From Tubulanus polymorphus (Eukaryota > Animalia > Nemertea): a DNA stretch of 64,000 nt. Both the position numbers and the translations under genes were made by a program. The notes below the pieces were generated by a model. It was not told the DNA's origin and did not search any database. It worked only from the letters and a program-made list of their open reading frames with translations. The stretch lies in contig NC_134027.1 in NCBI RefSeq assembly GCF_964204645.1, positions 9,580,485-9,644,484 of the forward strand, read 5' to 3'. This document shows positions 29,857-40,594 of this stretch, piece after piece; position 1 is the stretch's first letter; the number at the start of each line of letters is the position of its first letter.

Positions 29857-30622
29857 CCGAGGAAGACAACTGTTGATCGCTGCAGCTGTGTTTGCGTCAT
29901 ACGAACCCTACCGCACAGTCGGTACTTGAACCGCAACGGCCGGCGTTGTAGTTTCAATTAATACAAAACCCTGTGTGTAGTGTTCCTGAATGAGTTAAAT
30001 CAAAACCAGAATGGTCTATTTACATCTAAATTTCTGTTCATCGCATTTTCTTAGTGAGAACAAGTCGCTTTCACTTGCAATGGTCGTCAAGAATATACAT
30101 GAAGTTCTGGTTTGCACAAAAGAGCTATTGAGGCCTTACAAAGAAAAACATGTCTAATATAGTTTTTGTATCTGGATATATTCGGATTAATATTCTCACC
30201 CATTTTGTGAGATTCGGTGACCCGAAAACATACTTTACTCCATATTCCTTCATCATTTCCACTACAAAGATCCATCGGCAAAGTTCCAGGAGACAGCATT
30301 ATACAAACAATTTCTCTGTATTCAACAACTAATCAGAAACGAATAACAATATTTGTATAATTACATATTTAGAAATTTGTGCCGACCATAATGCTTGAAA
30401 CATTTTGCATTCAATCGCATTTATAAAGCTCTTTGTATCTAAATTGCAGCATACAGAATCTTGTGGGACTATAGGTTCGAGTCAGATACAGCGTTTAGTG
30501 TTCAGACGAATAGAATATTTGAGACCTTTCAAGGCTTATTAGAAACGGCACCGAAATTCCGAAATGAAAAATACGGTGCATAATAAACCTATGCGGAAGT
30601 GATAGTCGGCTAGAATACACTG

Positions 30623-31534
30623 TTACGCGTGGCACTTAATAAATCTATCTACGGGCACATCAGGAGCATCTGCCACGTATTTCCAAACGTGCAAATCTTC
30701 GTTTCCTCTTCTTAAAGTTTCGGTTATCGAACCTCCAATGCAAGCACGTACCACAAATGGAAATATATTCCCGAGACGGTTACATTCGATCGACGTCGCG
30801 TCGCGGTAGTGTTGCCAATTACGATGTGAAAGATGTAACGACGAACATATTTTCGAAACATCGCCGAAAACCTGCCGGATGACATCGTTCCAATATTTCG
30901 GTGCTGGCAACCACAAATCTAAAAATGGAACTTGTACCAACGGGTAGATATCGACAATCATAAATTTTTCAAACCATTGGTGATGAGTAGCGTCCAAAAT
31001 GTAATCGCCATTTTTGTAAAACGGCCACATATCAATCATCGGCCATGGTGTACCTTTCATGGAAATCTTCCACGGTCTGAATAGTGGTTTCTTCAAACGT
31101 AGATCTTTAATACTTGGATCTTTTTCAACGAAGAGGGTGCGGATCTTCAGGAAATCGGTGTGCGCTACTTGAACGTCGAAATCGTCATCCCACGGAACAG
31201 GCCCGTGATGACGATAGGCTCCGATCAAACTTCCTGCGCATAGAAAATAACTAATATTCTCTGATTTCATCAGACGATCAAATCTTGCTATCAGAGTTCT
31301 GTAGCGGGAGATCTCGTCCACTGTCAGAGCGGTTCTAACGAATTTACTGACATTCTGTCCGACGAGATTCTTCAGAAAATTCGACCTCAAAGAAGGTATA
31401 TCTATGCTTGAATTATTCATTCCATTTTTTCGGCGAACTTTTTTCAAGAATGCATACCTGTGTAATGATAGATTGATCAGCACTAATATAGTCACTACAA
31501 ATCCAAAAATGATGTGTGTAAGCTTGCATGACAT
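30623..31534 (-). CDS. LicD/fukutin-family protein (paralog 2), 303 aa
   Basis: N-terminal TM; YFLCAGSLIGAYRHHGPVPWDDDFDV; WPMIDMW; aligns with paralog 1 to the C-terminus. Confidence 0.9.
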   Translation of the reverse strand: MSCKLTHIIFGFVVTILVLINLSLHRYAFLKKVRRKNGMNNSSIDIPSLRSNFLKNLVGQNVSKFVRTALTVDEISRYRTLIARFDRLMKSENISYFLCAGSLIGAYRHHGPVPWDDDFDVQVAHTDFLKIRTLFVEKDPSIKDLRLKKPLFRPWKISMKGTPWPMIDMWPFYKNGDYILDATHHQWFEKFMIVDIYPLVQVPFLDLWLPAPKYWNDVIRQVFGDVSKICSSLHLSHRNWQHYRDATSIECNRLGNIFPFVVRACIGGSITETLRRGNEDLHVWKYVADAPDVPVDRFIKCHA

Positions 31535-33518
31535 TCTGACTATGGCTACGGCTCTGACTGAAGGGTTTTAATCAATTTCCCAAACATATGTTACCGTGTA
31601 TTTATTCAAGTACGTATAAAAGCTCTACTATTATACTATGTCTACTCGGAGTCGCCCAAAGATGTTTGACAAAATAGAAGCGATTTGCAAATAAATACCA
31701 TATTACTTTGTCAAAGAGGCTGGGGACCATACTTTCCAAATTTTTTCAAGCGCATAGCAGGCCTTGAACTAAAGCTGAACTGCTGATATGACGAACAAAC
31801 TAAAATGGTATAGCGGAATCCCGTTGTATTAAACGAATGCTGTTACGTAGCACATTGGCTTTTACTGTTACCTTGATAATTTACGTATACACCTTCATTA
31901 ATTACATTCATCAGTAGCAAACAGCGATAAAATGTTTCATGCCAATTAACGGTATGAGTAAGTTCATATAAATCTTCATAAAAATTTGACCAAGAGCGTT
32001 GGGCGTTTTTGTTGGGCGTTTGTAATGCGTAGTTGCGTATGATCTGAGGGGCCACGGATATACTGGTTTCTTGTATCGAACGAATGCAATGATCTGCTAG
32101 TTAAAGACATTATTTCGGGTCGATTTAGGAAGGTTTTCATAGGTTTTTTTGGGAATATTTTCCATTACTTTTGACGGAATTCTAACGGTCCTTTCTACCG
32201 GGCGCGCGTGCGTGCGTGTGTGTGTGTGTATTACTCTGTTTTCTTATTATTATTTGATCTTATATTGCCAAGGCTCGGTTCTTTTTAGAAAGGGAAGCTA
32301 TTTACTCAATTATGCATTATATCACCGTGCAGCAGTTTGCAAAAGAGATAACGAAGCCCGAGAAAATAGACCCGGTTAGTGAACTCAGATCTCCGTACTT
32401 ACCTAAACGATTTTATTTGATGATAGTAATGATAAGAATAATAATTTCTATTTTCATACCGCCTTACACATGCGTTTCGATGCCGTTTACAATAAATAGT
32501 ATAATGCTTGAAGTAATATATAACACTGAATACAAAAGGATTTAAAACATTAGTTTGAATAATATTGAGTAAAGGACACGTTTTAAGACAACTAACTTTA
32601 CAATCAAATACGACTAACGATTAAGACGCCTAACTTTAAATATCATCGATAGTACGTATAAAATGAACACATATGGATGTAATCCATTCCATAGAACAGA
32701 GGCTGCACCTGTTTCCATAAAACAGTGTTTTTTTGAATCTTAAAATAGGGATTGTCCCCATTATTTATTTGGCTGGTAAATTGTGTTTGATTTTTCGATT
32801 GAGTGTCCCTTACAGACCCACCACACCTGCCGGGAGCGAAACAGGGGGTTTGATTTTGAAATCGGAAAGTGTTTTTGACGATACACGAGACAGGATAAAC
32901 TTGTTAGCTGACTTAAATGACCGACTAGGTTGCTAGTGTCACCCTGATATAAGTTGCATATTCTATAATCATATATATCTTCAATTTCATATCGAATGGT
33001 TCATAATATTTCATATCTCTTACTATATGAAATGCTTAATAATGATAATAATAGTATTAATAATGTAATATAACTTATGAATATAGTATCAATATGTGCT
33101 TTATCGTAATCAACATGTAATGTTGCAAATGACAAACGAAGTCAGTCGATACTTGAGAATACTCAATATCAAAGTAATTAGCTCTAGTCAGTGCTCATCA
33201 TTAATTAATTTACGTCTCTTAAACATGTCACTAGGTGTAAGTTTGTGAGTCCTGATGTCTACAACTTGTCTGACACCTAGTTCTCACATCATACTCATGA
33301 TTCTGTATATATAAGACTATGTAAAACCAAAATAATCATTCACATTCCGGGATGCAATAAACATTGTACATATAAGGTTTAACTGCCTTGTTGTTCCTGA
33401 TGGATGGAATCCTGTACCGCTGGTGTAAATGCTAGTTCCCCATCAGCCAGCCTGCTGATACAACAACCAGACGGTTACACTAGAGTTCGAAACAGCTGCC
33501 GGTCCGACTTTCGCTCAA

Positions 33519-34513
33519 ATGACATTCTGTAAAAGATTAACTTTCATTAAAAACGACACTTACACGCAGATATCGTCAGTCTTGGAATTTTGACGCTTTT
33601 GCCGTCGAACATCAACAAAAATGCTGCAAAAAATGCTACATTCCCGCTTTCTGGCTGCGCTGTATTCATGACGTTGTCAGCATCGGTGCTGATAACTTTT
33701 TCATTAGCGAGATACGGCAATTTTTCAGCGATCTTGCAAAATCTCTCAACAGGAAATGAGCTTACCATCTTGCATAATCGCAACGAGTCGATATGGAACA
33801 CAATTGACAAAACAGGTTTAGCTGATGACGTCAAGACATTTGCAGCGACCAGACTCAGTACCGGGAATTTGTTGCGTTACAAATTTCTTATAATGAAATT
33901 TGATCGTCTGATGAAATTGGAGAATATCAGTTATTTTCTATGCGCTGGAAGTTTAATCGGAGCCTATCGTCATCACGGGCCTGTTCCGTGGGATGACGAT
34001 TTTGCCGGCAAAAATAAGAAAGTTGAGGGTCTACGTCTCAAGAAACCACGAAGCCGGCCGTGGAAGATTTCGTTATCAAAAACCTCTTGGCCGTTCATCG
34101 ATGTCTGGCCGTATCGGATAAAACTGCCATATATAGAAGATGTGACGGCTTATCGATGGGTAAAGTACAGTTACGACCAAGTTTTTCCTTTGGTGCATGT
34201 TCCGTTTATGGATCTTTGGTTGCCAGTTCCGAAATACTGAAACAAGGCCATCGAAGTGTATTACGGAGACGTGTACAAAAAGTGTACATCTTTGCACCTT
34301 TCTCACAGAAATTGGAAAGACCATCGTGTAATAAGCATTGAGTGCAGCCGCTTGAGAAATGTTTTCCCGTTTGTGGTCCGAAACTGCGATAATGGGATAA
34401 TTACGGAAACTTTGAGATGGAGAAACGTGGATTTACATGTTTGGAAATACGTCGTAGACGCGCCTGAAGTTCCTGTTGACAGGTCTATCAAGTGCGGAGG
34501 TCACCGGAAATAG
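33519..34513 (+). pseudogene. LicD-family pseudogene (paralog 3, opposite strand)
   Basis: Same motifs, but with an in-frame deletion of about 17 codons right after WDDDF and a TGA at 34238-34240 where both paralogs have Trp (PKYWN). Homology continues in frame to 34513. The nearest upstream ATG (33519) is out of frame by one base. Confidence 0.8.
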
Positions 34514-36395
34514 ATAGTGATAACATTGATAGAAAAACAAAGAACGGAAGCGTCTTTTCATTACATAGAAAATAACGGTATTTTTTATTCATTTTGTCAT
34601 ATTGCAATTAACCGTTATCTATTTTCTTCTGCCCGCTTGATTACTTTCTCAATATTCGACAGAAAATTTCTAAAGAAACTCACCAATTTTTTTCCGTACG
34701 GAAATGGCTGTGATGAGGGTAGACAATTTCGGTTGAGAATCTTGGTTCTTCGTCGTAAAATGTGAATTTGAGAATTGTTTCCATTAAGTTCCTGCTCGAA
34801 AACACATGTTAAAAATCTTGATTTTTGCTTATGCAACTGTATCCTTTATAAACATGTGAAATCGATTCCTTTAAATAAGTATGTCTATGGGTTAAGGTTG
34901 AAAATTTACTTTTTCTATTTGAATGCCTCATCTCACCTCTCATCAAGTTGTACGGAACATTGTTATCGGTGCGAATTGGTAAATTGATGAAGTTGCAAAT
35001 TATCTAATTATGGCTGCAAAGCGATGAAAGAATTGCTGCAAAGTGGCTAAAGTTATCCTGGTATTCGTGAGTTTGTGTCATCAACAAATATCTCTTTTCA
35101 CGGATGTTTACCAACAGGTTTCTGATATATGCAGCAAGCCAAATATCATCAAAATGAATCCACTTATTGATGAATTGTTTTCATTTGATATCAAGATTTA
35201 GTTTTTCTAGGGAATTATTGTCATGTTTTCATCAACCTTCACTATTTTATGTTTTGAATATTGCCCTTTGCTTGTGTAGTTGTAGTTCCATGTGAAATAA
35301 ATATGTGAAATCATGGAGTCTATGGTGAAATCAATTACTAGAAATAAAAATATCTAGTGGTAAGTCCTTGAAATTACATCTCTCCTCTGCTCTGTTCAAG
35401 TTTCAAATAGGTTGTAATCTATCTTTGTGGAAAACGGATACAATTCTATTGTTGTATAAACGGGACAGCTGGATATAAAGAAGTTTCCATTACCTCTTCT
35501 GTACAGGCGCTATATTCCCATTGTCGTTGTCGAGATAATTTGTGCTCATTTTGGACATAAGTTTTGATTGGATGTGAACCGGCTCTACCCGCCCTTGGTT
35601 GAGAAAATTGATTTATGCAACATTTTTAAACAAATGAAATGCATATTTTTGCTGGTGATTCTCGATTTTTTTTTGAACGCAACAAATGAGAGCAGTGACG
35701 ATGTGAAAACTAGGACCGCATATTTCTAGCGCGTGTCAAAAGGGTTCGCAAAATTGTTAAACTGTTATGAAGTAATACCAAAATCTGTTAAACCTAGATT
35801 TATTTTCCAGAGTTTTTAGGCCGTTAGTTGCAATTTATGTTCTAATTTAATTTTTCTTATATCTTTCTTGACAACTCATCTTCAACCCGATCGGGTTATA
35901 GATTTCGCTCCTTGAGGGATTGGGATTATGAATTGGGATTCGGGAGGCATTCGATCACTGTGAAGTGTGAATCCTACACTCAGTTGCCCTCGCATTGCAT
36001 AGTTTGAGCGAATATCCGATATTGTTTCTCCGTTGTCTGAGATCTCAGATAGTGAAAGGTTCCTGTTCAAGAGGTTCTGTTCAAGTTCAAGTTCTGTTAT
36101 ATTGATTATACTAATTTGTGTATGTGGTGGCGCCACTACTTTGTTGACGGAGTAATGGTCATATGATACGTCGTCAGAAAGATGTTTTAAAAATCCTCAT
36201 TTCTAAATATTTATATACCTTTCTTTTTATCTATATATGATATAAGATATCTATAAACGCTTAGAACGTCACTTTCTTTGACCGTTTATCAATTGAATTA
36301 CTCAAAATGAAATTTGGTAAAGGCTTTTTTATAAAAAAAAGTCGGTGGCGTTTTTTGGGCACATTTATTTCGTGATAAGCATCGATCAGTGCACG

Positions 36396-37427
36396 ATGGT
36401 GAATTCTACTGCGGCGCGCACGAATCGATTTTACGGTCTGGACTACGTGCACTCCGTTCGCCTGTTTTTTGACGGTTACGTATATTTGCCGGTTCTCTTG
36501 GGCGCAACACTGGGTAACCTGTTCATAGTTTTGGTATTTATCAAGTACAACCAATGGAAGAAACCGGGCGTCGTTTATATGTTTTGTCTCGCTATAACCG
36601 ACGCTGTGTATTCCCTTGTCGCTGGTATTTTTACCTGGCTCGATTACGGTCTTTCGTCGCTAACCGATGCTCGATACGGAGTTGATATCTATGCTTTGAG
36701 TAATGTTAGTTGTAAGTTATCGTATTACGTTCTCTATTGGTGCTTGGGTATGTCGGCGTTTATCACGATATCTATGACAGTTGAGCGATTTTGCGCTATT
36801 CAGTTCCCGATGCAAACGTTGCGTGTCACGCCGAACATGCGGATTACGTTACTATCGGTTGCCGGTTTCGTGTTCGCGGTCCTCGAAATCAGGCAAGCTT
36901 TCTTTTTCGAGGTAGCCCCAGAATTTAATACCGCCGGGCAGAAAGTTGTCTGCACGGAAAATCGTGCGATCAACGAGGATATCATGTACTCCGTTCGTTT
37001 TCTACTGATGATTATGGGTTACTATGTTATGCCGTCGTTTCTGCTATTACTAATCAATGGTTTGATGTGTTTGGCGTTATTTCGATCGCGCTGGACGTCG
37101 GGTGGCCGTACATCGAGCTGCGGTAAAAGCAACGAAAAGAGCGTCAGTATTACATTGATGATCGTGGCTATGCTTTTCGTCCTATGTAATCTACCCATGA
37201 CATCGGGGTTGCTTTATGGATATTACGTCGTCAGGAATCCGCATTTAGTTAGCTTACAAGATATGTCTCACCTCCGCGATCTGTATTGGCTGTCTTCTAA
37301 CATTTCTTTCGTCAACAACGCTACTAGCTTTCCAGTTTACGTCGTTAGACTGTCGTATTTTCGCTACCATTTGTCTGAGATTTTCTGTAGCTTGTGTTTG
37401 GTTAAAACGACAACTAAAAATGTTTAA
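36396..37427 (+). CDS. Intronless class-A (rhodopsin-like) GPCR, 343 aa, peptide-receptor/chemoreceptor-like
   Basis: TM1 GN, TM2 LAITD, TM3 C...MTVERFCAIQFP, ECL2 Cys, TM5 P, TM6 FVLCNLP, TM7 NNATSFPVY; N-terminal NST sequon. The first ATG is at 36396 (the ORF track used GTG). Confidence 0.9.
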   Translation: MVNSTAARTNRFYGLDYVHSVRLFFDGYVYLPVLLGATLGNLFIVLVFIKYNQWKKPGVVYMFCLAITDAVYSLVAGIFTWLDYGLSSLTDARYGVDIYALSNVSCKLSYYVLYWCLGMSAFITISMTVERFCAIQFPMQTLRVTPNMRITLLSVAGFVFAVLEIRQAFFFEVAPEFNTAGQKVVCTENRAINEDIMYSVRFLLMIMGYYVMPSFLLLLINGLMCLALFRSRWTSGGRTSSCGKSNEKSVSITLMIVAMLFVLCNLPMTSGLLYGYYVVRNPHLVSLQDMSHLRDLYWLSSNISFVNNATSFPVYVVRLSYFRYHLSEIFCSLCLVKTTTKNV

Positions 37428-38101
37428 GTAACTGTTCGCCATTTCGAAGCATCGTCTTGGTTCAATCACCCATTATTGTTATGAAATATTACCAAAATCT
37501 GTTATACCTAGATTTCTTTTCCAGAGTTTTGAGGCCGTTAGTTGTAATTTATGTTCTAATTCAATTTTTCTTATATCTTTCTTGATAACTCATCTTCAAC
37601 CCGATTGGATTTCGCTCCTTGAGGGATTGGGATTATGAATTGGGATTCGGGAGGCATTCGATCACTGTGAAGTGTGAATCCTACACTCAGTTGCCCTCGC
37701 ATTGCATAGTTTGAGCGAATATCCGATATTGTTTCTCCGTTGTCTGAGATCTCAGATAGTGAAAGGTTCCTGTTCAAGAAGTTCTGTTCAAGTTCAAGTT
37801 CTGTTATATTGATTATACTAATTTGTGTATGTGGTGGCGCCACTACTTTGTTGACGGAGTAATGGTCATATGATACGTCGTCAGAAAGATGTTTTAAAAA
37901 TCCTCATTTCTAAATATTTATATACCTTTCTTTTTATCTATATACGATATAAGATATCTATAAACGCTTAGAACGTCACATTCTTTGACCGTTTGTCAAT
38001 TGAATTACTCAAAATGAAATTTGGTAAAGGCTTTTTCATAAAAAAAGTCGGTGGCGTTTTTTGGGCACATTTATTTCGTGATAAGCATCGATCAGTGCAC
38101 G

Positions 38102-39132
38102 ATGGTGAATTCTACTGCGGCGCGCACGAATCGATTTTACGGTCTGGACTACGTGCACTCCGTTCGCCTGTTTTTGACAGTTACGTATATTTGCCGATTC
38201 TTTTGGGCGGAACACTGGGTAACCTGTTCATAGTTTTGGTATTTATCAAGTACAACCAATGGAAGAAACCGGGCGTCGTTTATATGTTTTGTCTCGCTAT
38301 AACCGACGCTGTGTATTCCCTTGTCGCTGGTATTTTTACCTGGCTCGATTACGGTCTTTCGTCGCTAACCGATGCTCGATACGGCGTTGATATCTATGCT
38401 TTGAGTAATGTTAGTTGTAAGTTATCGTATTACGTTCTCTATTGGTGCTTGGGTATGTCGGCGTTTATCACGATATCTATGACAGTTGAGCGATTTTGCG
38501 CTATTCAGTTCCCGATGCAAACGTTGCGTGTCACGCCGAACATGCGGATTACGTTACTATCGGTTGCCGGTTTCGTGTTCGCGGTCCTCGAAATCAGGCA
38601 AGCTTTCTTTTTCGAGGTAGCCCCAGAATTTAACACCGCCGGGCAGAAAGTTGTCTGCACGGAAAATCGTGCGATCAACGAAGATATCATGTACTCCGTT
38701 CGTTTTCTACTGATGATTATGGGTTATTATGTTATGCCGTCGTTTCTGCTATTACTAATCAATGGTTTGATGTGTTTGGCGTTATTTCGATCGCGCTGGA
38801 CGTCGGGTGGCCGTACATCGGGCTCCGGTAAAAGCAACGAAAAGAGCGTCAGTATTACATTGATGATCGTAGCTATGCTTTTCGTCCTATGTAATCTACC
38901 CATGACATCGGGGTTGCTTTATGGATATTACGTCATCAGAAATCCGCATTTAGTTAGCTTACAAGATATGTCTCACCTCCGCGATCTGTATTGGCTGTCT
39001 TCAAACATTTCTTTCGTCAACAACGCTACTAGCTTTCCAGTTTACGTCGTTAGACTGTCGTATTTTCGCACTCATTTGTCTGAGATTTTCTGCAGCTTGT
39101 GTTTGGTTAAAACGACAACTAAAAATGTTTAA
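38102..39132 (+). pseudogene. Second GPCR copy with a 1-bp frameshift near codon 24 (pseudogene or assembly homopolymer error)
   Basis: CCTG-T5-GAC at 38171-38175 versus T6 in copy 1; the remainder is open and nearly identical. Confidence 0.65.
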
Positions 39133-40594
39133 GTAACTGTTCGCCATTTCGAAGCATCGCCTGATTTCAACATTCAACGTTCAGTAATTCGATTGGTAAA
39201 CGATTACATGGGACGGTACTCAGTGTCTCTACAAACGCTTTTAATCCCAGGTTTGGCGATGGAGTCCAGGTTCAACAATGGTTTTGGGTTCATTAGATTT
39301 ACAATCGAAAAATACGGGTATTGCTTGGAGGTAGTTCCACAAGAAATCATTTTTCACACAACAAATCAGGAATCATCTTCTCTTTTTTGAGAATTAGAAG
39401 GTTGTCAATTTAGTACTTATCACTGAACCATAATTTTTGTGATACGTGACATTATTAATTTTATAAATTTTTGTAGAATGGGGGTGCTATATATGAAAAA
39501 AATCATACTCAGATGAGCGGGGTAATCGATTGTGACCACAACCTAACCGAGCTGATATCCGACGGAAACTGAATAAGAAACTATAATGAAGAGCGAAACT
39601 GAAATATATGATGGCCAATTTCTTGCATAATTTTTTCTAGCCGATTCGTGGCACAAACAAATTCTAACGATTGTTTTTAAGCCGCACAAAATCTACGTAA
39701 ACACAATTAGAAATCCTTTACCTTTATTTATTAGATATACCGAATTTTCATGACAACAGATTTCACCTCACGTAGAAGAAAATGGTCGGTAAAAATCAGG
39801 TAGGCTTAAACTTTCCGATAGTTAATGTATCGCACTTGCTTCGATTGCGCCGCCGTAATTTACGCCGGTTCCAGTGGTAAAATGACGGGATTGTCTTTCT
39901 CGTTTCTACGCGGCGTAGCCTAATTCAACTATCGTCAGTAGGATGCCATGCTACTACAAAAAAATTATTCAAGATTACTGTAGCATGAGCTTCGATAAGA
40001 ACTCGTTAACAAAAGTGTCGTTTCCAGTCACACTAGTTGGCAGATCGTCGATAAACAATCGCCGCAATAGACGACGCAACTGAGTCGCTTTGGTAGTACG
40101 AAAAGGTCTTAAAACCACAACGGACAGACGTTTGGTTTCAGGATAAGGATATTTTTACAAACGACTACGTTGGTGCATAAGCCCCGTTTATAAAGCTAAG
40201 TTACAAATCCCAATCTTCGGCCGGCGCGGCCGGTGTCCTCGTAGTGTTTCCCTACGTTGCGAGCCCCAGTTAGTACATCGTGGAAATGCTGAAAATGCCA
40301 ACAATCACTCTTATCTATTGTGTACTCGTAATATGTTTGTTATGGCTACGGCAGTAACCACGGGGGACGTGGTGATGAAGTGCCGCGAAGACCCGCTATC
40401 GCGACCCGCTGTATATTGACACCTAGGCTTTGATCGGTTGGTCTCGATAATTAAGGGATTATATTGCGGTTACGTTTTTTTCAAGGCCGCAGACTGAATG
40501 AAAATATATTGCATATGTTTTATCGGTTTTATCCCATTTTGATGATGATGTAGGCGGTAGCTTGACATAAAAATCTTATTTTTTCAACATCATT

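Larger units (their letters stand above)
35763..39170. repeat. Direct tandem duplication, unit about 1.71 kb (about 35763-37465 and 37477-39170)
   Basis: Near-identical upstream region, GPCR ORF and short 3' flank in both units. Confidence 0.95.

Noticed and set aside
34238-34240. In-frame TGA as possible selenocysteine or readthrough
   Set aside because: It aligns to Trp (TGG), not Cys, in both paralogs. The gene has other lesions and no SECIS was recognised.
35882-36136. Minus-strand 84/90-aa ORF present in both duplicate units (also 37571-37843)
   Set aside because: No ATG, no convincing in-frame acceptor, no recognisable domain, and the C-termini differ between copies. A captured exon fragment is not fully excluded.
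37993-38175. 379-aa GPCR ORF with a novel N-terminus
   Set aside because: It starts at TTG and is the by-product of the frameshift. The true N-terminus is in the other frame, as in copy 1.
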